Assembly: GCA_045580775.1 (NCBI GenBank)
Contig: JAZNOK010000015.1
Coordinates: 1 to 45,692 of the forward strand
Length of the DNA stretch: 45,692 nt
Direction of reading: 5' to 3'
Origin: Eubacteriales bacterium
GTDB taxonomy: Bacteria; Bacillota; Clostridia; Oscillospirales; CAG-272
Shown here: positions 9,601 through 18,482 of the stretch, one piece after another
How positions within the stretch are numbered: the stretch's first letter is position 1
Layout of the letters: the number at the start of each line of letters is the position of its first letter
Translations under genes and position numbers: made by a program
The notes under the pieces: generated by a model
The model's database searches: none
Told to the model about the DNA's origin: nothing
Seen by the model: the letters and a program-made list of their open reading frames with translations, nothing else

Positions 9601-12600
9601 GCCATATCTTTTGTTGTAATATCAAAGGTTGAAAAGATTATTTGACCGTTTTCATCATTGCTTGCGGTTGCAACGATTCTTCCCTGCTCATTATTCTCTC
9701 TGACTACAAAGCTAAATTCCTTGTTGATGAGTTGACGTCCGACAAGGGTCTTTTTTGCAGTGAGAACAACAGGAACATCATCAGGAGTATATGTGTTAGA
9801 AAACTCTATAGATGAAGTCAGGTCAACTATGCCGTCTGAGTTTTCAGCTATGACATTATTATTAGAATCAAGCAGCTGTGCTACGATGTTGCCGTTGCCA
9901 TCATCTGTTACAAAAAGAGTGATCGTATAGGAAGAGTTGTCATACGTTACTCCTTTTAGAGTGCCGGACACTTCCTTTAGTGTGAAGGTGTAGGTTCCAC
10001 GCTCTGTAGATGCAGGAACATCGATCTTAAATGTTACAAAACCGTTGCTGTCATTAGATGCAACATTGGTTGTAGTCAAAACGGATGAAGACCCTGTTGC
10101 TGCAAGCAGCTCAAATTCAAACTCACCCTCACGCATCTCTCTACCAATGAGAGTCTTTTTGACACGGAACTTGACCTCATCCCCGACAACAGTCCTGTAT
10201 ATGTTATTGAATACAACACCTGTGTCTGTTCCGCCAACAACCGAATAAGTACCGTTCGCCTGAGGCTTTACAAGTTCAGCTTTAATAGTGCCGTCATTAT
10301 TGTCTGTAATTCGCACATATACATCGTAAGTTGAGCTATCGTAGCTCACCCCGGGGATCTTGCTGACAGACCCAACAACTTCGCTCATAACATAATGGAT
10401 CACAGCTGATGAGCTTCCGTGCGGTATATCCTTCTCGGAATAGTACATAGTAGAGAATCTGATGATACCATTCTCGTCAGCAATACCGTCGATCTCACCT
10501 CCGTTATCCTGTCTGAGAAGCTTAAATGCAAACTCTCCTGCTCTGAGCTGTCTTCCATCAAGTTTTTTCCTGGCGGTAATATTAATATATCCACCCGAGT
10601 TATACTCATTATGAAAACTGGGTTTCGATGCATTCAGTGTATAATCGGCAACGTCGAGCGAACCGTCGACTGAACTCTCATAGTAGGATACATCTGCTAT
10701 TAGTCTGTTGTAGTTATCTCTTGTGACATTCACCTTCATGAGATACATACTGACGTCGTATGTAATTCCATTAGTTGTATTACCGGCGTTAGATTCCTTT
10801 ATCCAGTACGTATATTCTCCCTCACCGGTAAAGGAAATATGTGAGAAGTTTATATTTCCGTTTGCTTCACCTATACCGGTTGCTGCTTCAACACCTGTTT
10901 TTGTATTGATAACTGAGAAGGAGAAAGTAACGCCCGCAGGAGCATTCAAAGTCGTTTTTGTGCCGATCGGTGTGACAACAACAGAGTCGGGATTAGAGTA
11001 GTTTGTAAACTCAACAGTATCACTGAGATCAACAACACCGTCAGTATCCGATCCTACAGCAACGGAAAGCTCGCCGTTATGCTTTAGAGTCAGAATTGCA
11101 TCAAACTCATGTTCCGAATTATCATAGAGCATCTTCGGATCTTTTGTCAGATTGTTTACAATCTCAGACACCACGAAGCTAAAGACTTTGGGCTTGTTAC
11201 CGTTAATATCAGCTGTAACTCCGTCCAGCATATCAGCAGAGAAATAGAATTTATCAAACCGTATGCTACCGTCTGATGCATTCTTGCCTGTGCTGACGAT
11301 CCTTCCACTCGCTTTATCCACTATTATAAATGAGAACTGTTGGTCTTTCATAGATGCATCAATATAACCTGTACTGCTGTTGTCATATAACTTAAGAGTC
11401 TTCCTTGCAATAACAGTCAAAGACGCATCATCAGGTGTATAAGTATTGGTAAATACAACTTCATCATCAAAGCTAAAGCTGTTCCCGTCAAGAGTTGACA
11501 CATAACCCATAGTGCCATCACCATTGTCTGTGACATTGATGATCAGAGTATGATCGTTTACATCATACCCTACCCCCTTAACACCGCCGTCGATCTCAGA
11601 AATAATATACTTGTAAATACCGGGCTGAGTAAATGTCTTAGGACTGAAAGTAAAGTAATATTCACCTGCATTCAATACTGTTACTTCACCGGTCAAAGGA
11701 TTACCTACTACAGGATTACTTCCATCAGGCACAGCGACAAATCCAAACGTAGTCTGAGCGGGCAAAGACAAAGTCATATTCTTTTTACCCTTGAGTGTAA
11801 GAGTCAATGGAGACAGCTCATAATTATTTAGTACAGATACCGATGATACTGCACTCGCCATTCCGTCAACTATGCTCACACTCTGAGTATTATATGTCGG
11901 AGTCCATCCCGGTGCAGACGAAACATCCTCTTCCACCAGTATAATTATACCCGCGGGAAGTCCCTTGATCGTTAAAGTATCACCGTGCTTGATGCTAAGT
12001 GTAGCTATACCTGAGCTAAATACAACCGTCTCATTTGCACCGTTACGTTTTAGTACGTATGTACCGTCAAGCATTCCGGTAGACTCGGTAAGATTAATTA
12101 CAAAGCTTCCGGAGGTATCATGACCGTTTTCAACCGTCTTGCTGATGATCATGTCCCCAACATCCGCCCAGTTTTCAGTAGTATTGGTCGTAAGAGTTAT
12201 GGCGGGGTCAGCATCAATCACAACTCTTGCGGTATTAGGAAGATATATCTCTCCATCTTCAGGCTGAGTGCCGTTTTGGAGTATTTTTGCACTTGCGTTT
12301 ATCTGTACTTCAAAGCTAACCACCTTTGTTGTATCAGCTGGCATATTATCAAAGGTCCATGTGATTACACCGGTAGAAGGGTCGTATACTCCTCCGTTAT
12401 CTGCCGAACCGTCAACATAAGTAGTACCGTCAGGTATCTTGTCTGTAACCAAAACATCTGCAGGAATATAATTACCGTTTCCGTCAGTAGCGTTATTTTG
12501 GAAACGAACATGATACTTGAGTATGTCTCCTACTTTGTGACCGTGCTTACCGTCAATATCCAGATCGTTTTCATCGGTAACCGTCTTTCCGTAAGGGGGA

Positions 12601-15600
12601 TTGTGTGTAGTATTGGTGCTGATCTGCGGATAATGAGCCAGCTGTACGCTTGCTGTATTGTTGATAGTATCAGCAACAGCTTCAAGACTTAAAGCACTTT
12701 CATTTACCGTAACATTAAACGATACAAACATGCTCTGTCCTGCTCCTACATTCTTCAACTCCCATCTAAGAATGTTATTGTTGTCAGGTTTGATATTTAC
12801 GTCTTTTGTCAGAGACAAAGCACTCTCTCCGTATCCTGCACTTCCCTCAACAAAGTCGGTACCTAAAGGAACATAGTCAGTAACCTTGATATCTATCGGA
12901 TGATCAAAGACATTCTTTGCCTTGATCGTATATGTCAAGACGTCTCCAACTTTAACAGCCTTGCCTTCATCATCTGTGATCTTGGTAGCTGTGTCAGAAA
13001 GATTAACGGATACAGTCTTTTCCGGAACATACGGATCTGCCTTGAGAGAGAGCATACCGTTGTTGCCGAGAAATACTGTATAATGCGAGTTATCAGCTCC
13101 ACCGGTACGGTGAGGATGTGCAACGATGGATGATGTACCGGTGAAGTTTCCGTCATTTAAAGTATCGGTAGTTGGATCATCCTTTAGAGTGTCATCTCCG
13201 TTCACTACAAGTGTAGCCGAAGTGTAAACACCCTTAGGAATATACCATTTTCCGTCTTTGTTAATAAGCTCAGAGCCATTTGGTATATCTATCTCGATCA
13301 AAACAGACTTCTTCTCAGCCGTGTAGGTGCCGTCATTACCGTTGTCGGTCCATTCGTAATACTCTCGGACATAATATGCAATCTTTCCGGTAGGATCGGA
13401 GGCAACCGGAATACCATTTTTATCTACTATCAGAGTATCCTGCTGATAGGTGTAAAAAGAATTGTCCTCAGCCGCATCAAAAGTTGCTTTTGCCATTCCT
13501 CGATGATGGCTCTCGGTGCTCTGAGTCCTATCCCAGTCATTTGTGAAAAAATTATATGTGTCTGTGATCGGATTGTAGTTTACAGATCCGCTTCCATTCA
13601 CTGTTTCGTTTGAATAATCCGAAGAAACAATATATGATACATTCTCTGGGGTGATCGACTCCCACAAACCTACCTCGTATACTACGCGAGCCGGTTCTTG
13701 ATGCTCTACAGTCGCAGTATAAACAGCATTGCCGTTTTCGTCATAAGACTCAGAAACAAGCACCTTTTCCATAGATAGGAGACTTGCGGGTGCACTGATA
13801 ACCACAGTCTCACGGTAAGGAGCAGCAAGCTCTCTCTGGACTCTGACTATAAAGTAAAGATAGTCGTGCTCAGGATCGGGATTTGAACCTCCCGCCTCGC
13901 CGTAAAAGAAATACGAACGGCAAACATAGTCAGCATCGGAAGGTATAGCTCCTGCAGCTCTCTGCTCTTCGATGTATTCCACTGTATCATTATCAGCGAA
14001 TCCTATTACCTGAACAGACTCATCCTCTTCGCCGGAGTCGTATTTACTTCCCCACCAAACAATAGAGTTGTCATAATCGTCATCACTATTATAGTAAGCC
14101 TGGTTTTCACTGTTCAATACTTTTTGTGCAAAATCGTCGATATCTACAACAGAGGAAGTCATATTCATACGAGTCTTTACAACTTCTCTCAAAAGATCAT
14201 CGAATTCTGCGTTTGCTTTGCTCGTACCGTAGTTCTCAACATTCTTTGCAAACGACAAACCGCGATAATAATAGCCGCCTGCCAGAACGCCCTTCATATC
14301 CTTGACTTCCATATATTCACCGATTGGATCGGTGAATGTCACGTAACCGTCAAAGTCATGATCGCCCGTAGTAACCTTAGTAGGGACAGTAAGAGCCTTT
14401 CTTGCTATCTCAACCAACAGATCATCAAACGCATCTGATATCTTTGATACATCCTGAACATTATAAAATTTGTCGTTATAATGAAGCGTCTTGATAGATC
14501 TATCAATGTTAGCAACAACCGACGTTCTTCCAACCGTTGTCCAATTATCGGCTCCGTTTTTATAATCATTACCGTTAGACAATACGCGAGCCTGATTATA
14601 GAAGTAATAAAAGCCATCGTGTCTTGACTGACCAGACCAAACCCTGACCGAAAACTCCTGATTGTTCTGATAACCGGTCCAAGCATCCAAAAACGATTCG
14701 GTTGCATCTTCTCTGTCATAGTAATAGTTATCAGAGCCGGCAACAAACTCCGAGGACGGATCCAATGTCATGTAGGAAAGATCTACCTCTTGAATCGTGT
14801 CCTGAGTAGACTCAGCCGAAAGTTCAACGCCAACTGTATAGAAGGAACAAGAATTTGTACTATTATCAGAACCGTAATAATGCTCAGTGATCTTATTCTT
14901 GTAGTAAGAAGCTGTCAGTACTGTGAGAAAACCGTTCCCCATAAAAGGTGCATTAGTGGGACCTTGGTTATTTGTCTGAGAAGCATTCCACCACTCATTT
15001 TCATAAGCCGATACAGTAGGTGCACCATCAGACATTAATATCATGACAGGCATACGAGTGATCTGCTGTCTATTGATCTCAACAGTCGTGTCTGCCTCCA
15101 TAAGAAGCTCCGCACCCAAAGTTACACCGGCCTGAATATTTGTTGCACCGCCTGTACCATAACGTGAGTTGAGTTGTCCGTTAGTAGTTGAGCGTCCGCG
15201 GACAAGTTGCACTGTAGGTGCCCAAGAGGGTCCTGCCCCTGTAGCCCATGTCAGATGCTCTGTTGCAGCCTCTCCGTCATAATGAGCAAGCTCGGAAAGA
15301 ACATTCGCTGCGTTGTATCCCGCAGTACCGCCTCCTGCGTTGTGAGCCGAAAAAGCAACCACACCTACTCTGTTAAGCTCATTCATCTCCATCAAAGAAG
15401 CTATCATTTTGTTAGCGGCCTCGACAAGCTCCTGAGTACGATTCTTTCCGTTTCCGTCCGAATCATTTCCCATGCTTCCGGATGTATCAAATACTATAAC
15501 AACATCAAGAGGAAGGTTTATCTCAGAGGAAAGTCCCATAACCTGTGCAGACTGGGAAATTGTAACCAAAAAGTTATCTTCACCATCTAAGGTTATCTTC

Positions 15601-15833
15601 TGACCGTTAACCGTAATATCTTTATCACTTACAGATTTTCCAACCGTAATTTTTCCGACATTCTTTGTGTTGTCGCCGTATATCATCCCGGGTCTTGTAA
15701 GGGTCTGCGGATCTGCTACGGTGTTTATTGCAGCTGTGGCTGACAAAACAGTTATCGGAAAAGAAGTAAAGAGCAACGCTACACATACAAGCATGCTCAA
15801 TATACGATTTGATAGTTTGTTTTTTCGTGTCAT
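6642..15833 (-). CDS. Giant cell-wall-anchored adhesin: vWA domain, 2 DUF11-like domains, one further Ig-like domain, 11 FctA/Spy0128-like repeats, 2 DUF11-like domains, LPxTG-like sorting signal
   Basis: Signal peptide; vWA MIDAS residues (DVVIVFDTSGS, TNIQAG, LMSDGAP); DUF11-like VxxGDxLxY...VTDxIP units; repeats beginning K(K/T)xLxG and ending FxNxY; C-terminal PPLTGD, TM helix and KKRR. RBS AAGGAGGG. Confidence 0.85.
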   Translation of the reverse strand: MTRKNKLSNRILSMLVCVALLFTSFPITVLSATAAINTVADPQTLTRPGMIYGDNTKNVGKITVGKSVSDKDITVNGQKITLDGEDNFLVTISQSAQVMGLSSEINLPLDVVIVFDTSGSMGNDSDGNGKNRTQELVEAANKMIASLMEMNELNRVGVVAFSAHNAGGGTAGYNAANVLSELAHYDGEAATEHLTWATGAGPSWAPTVQLVRGRSTTNGQLNSRYGTGGATNIQAGVTLGAELLMEADTTVEINRQQITRMPVMILMSDGAPTVSAYENEWWNASQTNNQGPTNAPFMGNGFLTVLTASYYKNKITEHYYGSDNSTNSCSFYTVGVELSAESTQDTIQEVDLSYMTLDPSSEFVAGSDNYYYDREDATESFLDAWTGYQNNQEFSVRVWSGQSRHDGFYYFYNQARVLSNGNDYKNGADNWTTVGRTSVVANIDRSIKTLHYNDKFYNVQDVSKISDAFDDLLVEIARKALTVPTKVTTGDHDFDGYVTFTDPIGEYMEVKDMKGVLAGGYYYRGLSFAKNVENYGTSKANAEFDDLLREVVKTRMNMTSSVVDIDDFAQKVLNSENQAYYNSDDDYDNSIVWWGSKYDSGEEDESVQVIGFADNDTVEYIEEQRAAGAIPSDADYVCRSYFFYGEAGGSNPDPEHDYLYFIVRVQRELAAPYRETVVISAPASLLSMEKVLVSESYDENGNAVYTATVEHQEPARVVYEVGLWESITPENVSYIVSSDYSNETVNGSGSVNYNPITDTYNFFTNDWDRTQSTESHHRGMAKATFDAAEDNSFYTYQQDTLIVDKNGIPVASDPTGKIAYYVREYYEWTDNGNDGTYTAEKKSVLIEIDIPNGSELINKDGKWYIPKGVYTSATLVVNGDDTLKDDPTTDTLNDGNFTGTSSIVAHPHRTGGADNSHYTVFLGNNGMLSLKADPYVPEKTVSVNLSDTATKITDDEGKAVKVGDVLTYTIKAKNVFDHPIDIKVTDYVPLGTDFVEGSAGYGESALSLTKDVNIKPDNNNILRWELKNVGAGQSMFVSFNVTVNESALSLEAVADTINNTASVQLAHYPQISTNTTHNPPYGKTVTDENDLDIDGKHGHKVGDILKYHVRFQNNATDGNGNYIPADVLVTDKIPDGTTYVDGSADNGGVYDPSTGVITWTFDNMPADTTKVVSFEVQINASAKILQNGTQPEDGEIYLPNTARVVIDADPAITLTTNTTENWADVGDMIISKTVENGHDTSGSFVINLTESTGMLDGTYVLKRNGANETVVFSSGIATLSIKHGDTLTIKGLPAGIIILVEEDVSSAPGWTPTYNTQSVSIVDGMASAVSSVSVLNNYELSPLTLTLKGKKNMTLSLPAQTTFGFVAVPDGSNPVVGNPLTGEVTVLNAGEYYFTFSPKTFTQPGIYKYIISEIDGGVKGVGYDVNDHTLIINVTDNGDGTMGYVSTLDGNSFSFDDEVVFTNTYTPDDASLTVIARKTLKLYDNSSTGYIDASMKDQQFSFIIVDKASGRIVSTGKNASDGSIRFDKFYFSADMLDGVTADINGNKPKVFSFVVSEIVNNLTKDPKMLYDNSEHEFDAILTLKHNGELSVAVGSDTDGVVDLSDTVEFTNYSNPDSVVVTPIGTKTTLNAPAGVTFSFSVINTKTGVEAATGIGEANGNINFSHISFTGEGEYTYWIKESNAGNTTNGITYDVSMYLMKVNVTRDNYNRLIADVSYYESSVDGSLDVADYTLNASKPSFHNEYNSGGYINITARKKLDGRQLRAGEFAFKLLRQDNGGEIDGIADENGIIRFSTMYYSEKDIPHGSSSAVIHYVMSEVVGSVSKIPGVSYDSSTYDVYVRITDNNDGTIKAELVKPQANGTYSVVGGTDTGVVFNNIYRTVVGDEVKFRVKKTLIGREMREGEFEFELLAATGSSSVLTTTNVASNDSNGFVTFKIDVPASTERGTYTFTLKEVSGTLKGVTYDNSSYTITLFVTDDGNGNIVAQLLDSNNNVIAENSDGIVDLTSSIEFSNTYTPDDVPVVLTAKKTLVGRQLINKEFSFVVRENNEQGRIVATASNDENGQIIFSTFDITTKDMAAEKNKSFKYVVMESDNNIPGVTVDDTVFTVTVVVTDDGTGALTAQINYQNDEPIVFENVYRPASVQLPLAAYKSLHGKKLFENEFIFELKDSLGNVIQTKKNDQNGVIKFDALEFDAEDMTDEHGNKVMHKELFYSVTELTGDVPGMEYDKSAYHVKVSLTDDGNGHLRASVQYYIGTQPVSVIEFVNMYTPPILKLEIEGTKTIRDTDGNALVGNIYSKAGFKFDVYDVDGNLYTNAESDNEGKIKISGFEFDHAGEYRFTARERKTNRPGYSTDATVWCIHITIGYNSDTGILYKISEYFHIAPDIHDDTAVHSDNSLNFVNIYSPDEVSLTLRVKKNLDGRKLHDNEFTFYLVDKSSGLIAAEAKNKANGDVDFHLEYLKAGNYSYTVYEFTPDDGEKLGGVEYSNEKYDVNVVVKDDGTGKLKAQVDNVTVIGEDTVDMTDVVIFHNVYEADSAKVSVEAFKRIEGKDLEDDEFIFELVNKNDPTEKYTAKNTEDGRVKFDEITFTDEGEYIYSLTEIKGTDRGVTYDEHVYTVTVKVTDLGNGKLTAHTTYTNSDGGAEAISVFHNYYKADPVEYTPKAKKVFEGAEMRQFDFILEGEGFAAQIKQNDEEGNVVFDKLTFENAGSYLFSVYERPDSNITDVKWDINVYTLDVEVIDRGYGQLEIGEVSVTSEQGRSDLIFRNVHKDTVVKKDVFLGGDTSISIDGKKVEKGDILTYTVTYKNYNAKSADVSITDIIPGYTEYVAGSVSDGGTVRDNVITWNLTNVAPDEVVSVKFDVLVVGDEGVVENTASAIEGENKYYTNEVLNPIVEDKTEKDVFTQKAPEISMDGKTVKVGDILIYKISYTNSDDFSADVKITDTIPKYTSYVENSADNGGIYEKGDLTWNIRLAAGETKVVSFMVKVDQVGNTLENEARAFESGNEIRTNKVSNPVSGDEFVPPLTGDRADLYMWAVILFISGGSIIGVVVYEKKRREHKTDSDV
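7535..11815 (-). repeat. Eleven tandem FctA/Spy0128-like protein repeats of about 110-150 aa
   Basis: Repeat starts LKGKKNM, IARKTL, IGTKTT, TARKKL, RVKKTL, TAKKTL, AAYKSL, EGTKTI, RVKKNL, EAFKRI and KAKKVF, each ending in FxN. Diverged at DNA level; boundaries approximate. Confidence 0.75.
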
Positions 15834-15908
15834 AATTTTATTCCCTCCTTGGAAAGATGGTTTATAATTCAGTTTGTCTGTTTTATATCATGTATCAAAC
15901 CCGGTGAA

Positions 15909-16250
15909 TCACTCTACATGCTTCTCTTCAGTATATAATTCTAAATCGGAAGCAAGAATGCGTCTTATCATTGATTTTAGCTCAAGTAAAGCTGAGTGAC
16001 AACATGGCTCATTGAGAAGACGTATAGGAACTGCAGTTTTTTCTTTCCCCGAGTGGGGACTTCGTATATATACAGTATCGAGCATTCCTTCTGCATTCGG
16101 AGCATAAATCAATATCATGTGATAATTTGTTTCTTCGGTAAGTTCTGTTGCATCCATATACTTATCTATTTTTACGACTCCCTGCCTCAGTAAATAATCG
16201 CATGCTGTCGGGAGTTCACCGCATACCGCGACTCTGATATTTCTCATCAT
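15909..16250 (-). CDS. Small hypothetical protein, possibly a degenerate (pseudo-)receiver domain
   Basis: 113 aa with RBS AGGAG upstream, same strand as the adhesin and 75 nt before it. The pattern IRVAVCG...KIDKY-DATEL...YHMILIY...PIRLL parallels the receiver domain of the neighbouring regulator. Confidence 0.6.
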   Translation of the reverse strand: MMRNIRVAVCGELPTACDYLLRQGVVKIDKYMDATELTEETNYHMILIYAPNAEGMLDTVYIRSPHSGKEKTAVPIRLLNEPCCHSALLELKSMIRRILASDLELYTEEKHVE

Positions 16251-16304
16251 ATTGTTCTCATCACGCTCCTGTTAAAAGAACTGTCCAATAGTTTTTGTAA
16301 TTAC

Positions 16305-16379
16305 AGTATATCATGCATTTATAAAAAAAACGAAAGTGTGTAAATATAGCCTTTTTTGCGTAAAATAAGGCATTTTTTT
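16305..16379 (-). promoter_or_regulatory. Activator-dependent promoter with a candidate LytTR direct-repeat site
   Basis: Minus strand reads AAAAAATGCCTTATTTTACGC AAAAAAGGCTATATTTACAC (20-21 bp period), then a poor -35 (TTCGTT) and an extended -10 TGaTATACT. Confidence 0.5.
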
Positions 16380-16408
16380 AATTCTATTTCACTTTCAGCC
16401 CATAATTG

Positions 16409-16437
16409 TTGAAAAAAATCGTTTTGTATGATAAAAT
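16409..16437 (+). promoter_or_regulatory. sigmaA-type promoter of the two-component operon
   Basis: TTGAAA-17 bp-TAAAAT with a TG extension. Confidence 0.6.
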
Positions 16438-16471
16438 ATGACAGTATTAACAATTACTTGAGGTGATCCAA

Positions 16472-17206
16472 TTGAAAGTAGCTATATGCGACGATGAAAT
16501 ACTATGCAGAGCAAGAGTGCTGGACATAGCCGAAGAATATGCTGAGCAGAGAAAGGACAGAAATATCACCTTCGATGTTTTTTCTGATCCTGAGCAATTA
16601 CTCTCAGCCTCAAAAGAGCAAGGAGAGTATGACATATACATACTGGATATAGTGATGCCGGGAATGAACGGTATACAGCTCGGTGAACAGATACGAAACA
16701 CAAACCGGGACAGCAAGATCATATTTCTTACTTCGAGCGAGGAATATGCCATTGAGAGCTTTCGCGTTCGTGCTTTTCATTATTTATTAAAGCCGATCGA
16801 CAAGGATGCTTTCTTCTCGGTTATGGATGAGGCTGTCTCATCCCTTTCTATAAAAAAGGACAGAAGTCTGATCGTAAAAACAAAAGAGAACAATACACGT
16901 ATTACTTTTGACAGTATTCTTTACGGTGAGTTATCCAGGCGTGCAGTTGTATACCACTTGACCGACGGCAAGATCGTTGAGAGCACTTCACTTCGGACTA
17001 CGTTCACGGACGCAGTAAGCGAACTTGTCAAGGACAAGCGTTTTACAATGTGCGGTGCCAGTATGGTAGCTAATCTGCATCACATCACAATGGTCGAAAT
17101 TGATGCAGTTGTTTTTTTGGACAAGTATAAAGTATATTTGGGCAAAAAAACATGTCGAGAGCTGCGGTTAGCATGGAACGAGTATTGGCTCTCGGAGGGA
17201 ATATGA
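16472..17206 (+). CDS. LytTR-family (AgrA-like) response regulator
   Basis: Receiver motifs KVAICDD, YILDIVMPGMNG, IIFLTSS and YLLKP; C-terminal LytTR domain (ILYGE...VVYHL...ASMVANL). RBS GAGGTGA favours TTG 16472 over GTG 16463. Confidence 0.9.
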   Translation: MKVAICDDEILCRARVLDIAEEYAEQRKDRNITFDVFSDPEQLLSASKEQGEYDIYILDIVMPGMNGIQLGEQIRNTNRDSKIIFLTSSEEYAIESFRVRAFHYLLKPIDKDAFFSVMDEAVSSLSIKKDRSLIVKTKENNTRITFDSILYGELSRRAVVYHLTDGKIVESTSLRTTFTDAVSELVKDKRFTMCGASMVANLHHITMVEIDAVVFLDKYKVYLGKKTCRELRLAWNEYWLSEGI

Positions 17207-17207
17207 T

Positions 17208-18482
17208 ATGACGATCTTAAAAGACTTATCTGTAGTATGGACTCTGCTGCATGCACTTGCGGTATTTTTTATGCTATGCGAGTCACGTTACTCGAAAAAA
17301 CGTTTTGCAATTATCATTTCCTCGACAATTGTTCCGCTGGTTATTGCCAATTTTCTTTTGTTTGTTTTTATAGGATTTGAAAACTACGGAACACTGATGC
17401 TGCTCACACTTTCTCTTCCCAGCTGTTTAATATTCTGGTTTACGGCTAAGCACCGAGATGGTAGATATTTATTTACCTTCTGCATGGTCGATACTATAGT
17501 CCTTGAGATCCTATATGTTACAAATATTCTAAATCACTATCTTACACCCAACTCCTACATTGTTTTGTTTGCGGTAAGAATACTGATTTTCCCACTTATG
17601 GAAATCTGGATCTACAAAAAAGTTCGCAAAATGTATATAGAAGTTCAAAACGTATCAAAGCTTGGTTGGGGACACTACGCAATAATCGGATTACTGCTGT
17701 ATCTTACTATGACGATATTGATGACACACCCCACTCCGATAACCGAGAGACCTGAGTCTCTTCTTCCGCTCATACTCCTATTCATTTTGATGCCTGTCAT
17801 CTATATCAACATAATATCCACGCTTGGACATTTACACAAACTCCACGAAATGACTGAACAGGAAAACATACTAAAATTGCAAATATCGAACATCACCTCA
17901 CGTATGGAACAACTGGCTGAAGCAGATAATAAATTTCGTGTAGAAAGGCATAATTTCCGCCACAAAATGAAAACTATTTCAAGTCTGCTCGATAGCATGC
18001 AATATGACGAATGCAGGGCTTTACTTGATGAATACTGCGAGCAAATACGAGAGCCGCAAGTAAAAAGATACTGTCAGAACCCCGTCATAGACGCTGTGTT
18101 GTCCACTTATATCAGAATGGCGGAAAACCATAATATAAAAGTAACGTTCGGATTTGCATTTCCGGATGTTCTTCCTATGAGCGAAACGGAACTCGCAACA
18201 GCTATTGCCAACGCTATGGAAAACGCTGTAAATGCATGCGAAAAACTACAAGAAGATAAGAGATACATTGATATTAAAGTTCTAAGCAGACCTAGATTTA
18301 TTATTCAAATAGCAAACAGCTACGAAGGTGAAATTAGTTTTGACGAAAATGATATTCCGATAAACGATCATGAAGATCATGGGTTTGGCACTCGATTTAT
18401 AGCGGCTTTTTGCAACAAACATAATGGTTTTTATCAATTCAAAGCAGACAAAAACAAATTTACTGTCTTTATGAATTTCTAA
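17208..18482 (+). CDS. AgrC-like membrane sensor histidine kinase (GHKL domain)
   Basis: About 6 TM helices, H-box RHNFRH, YCQNPVIDAVL, N-box ANAMENAVNAC and G-box HGFG. Starts 1 nt after the regulator stop. Confidence 0.9.
   Translation: MTILKDLSVVWTLLHALAVFFMLCESRYSKKRFAIIISSTIVPLVIANFLLFVFIGFENYGTLMLLTLSLPSCLIFWFTAKHRDGRYLFTFCMVDTIVLEILYVTNILNHYLTPNSYIVLFAVRILIFPLMEIWIYKKVRKMYIEVQNVSKLGWGHYAIIGLLLYLTMTILMTHPTPITERPESLLPLILLFILMPVIYINIISTLGHLHKLHEMTEQENILKLQISNITSRMEQLAEADNKFRVERHNFRHKMKTISSLLDSMQYDECRALLDEYCEQIREPQVKRYCQNPVIDAVLSTYIRMAENHNIKVTFGFAFPDVLPMSETELATAIANAMENAVNACEKLQEDKRYIDIKVLSRPRFIIQIANSYEGEISFDENDIPINDHEDHGFGTRFIAAFCNKHNGFYQFKADKNKFTVFMNF

Noticed and set aside
7535-11815. 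Adhesin repeats as a CRISPR array, DGR template/variable pair or shufflon
   Set aside because: The repeats are in-frame protein domains that are highly diverged at DNA level; I saw no identical nucleotide repeats, adenine-only mismatch pair, reverse transcriptase or recombinase.
6615-15867. Many 60-200 aa plus-strand ORFs inside the adhesin gene
   Set aside because: Antisense shadows of a long coding frame with no independent signals or motifs.
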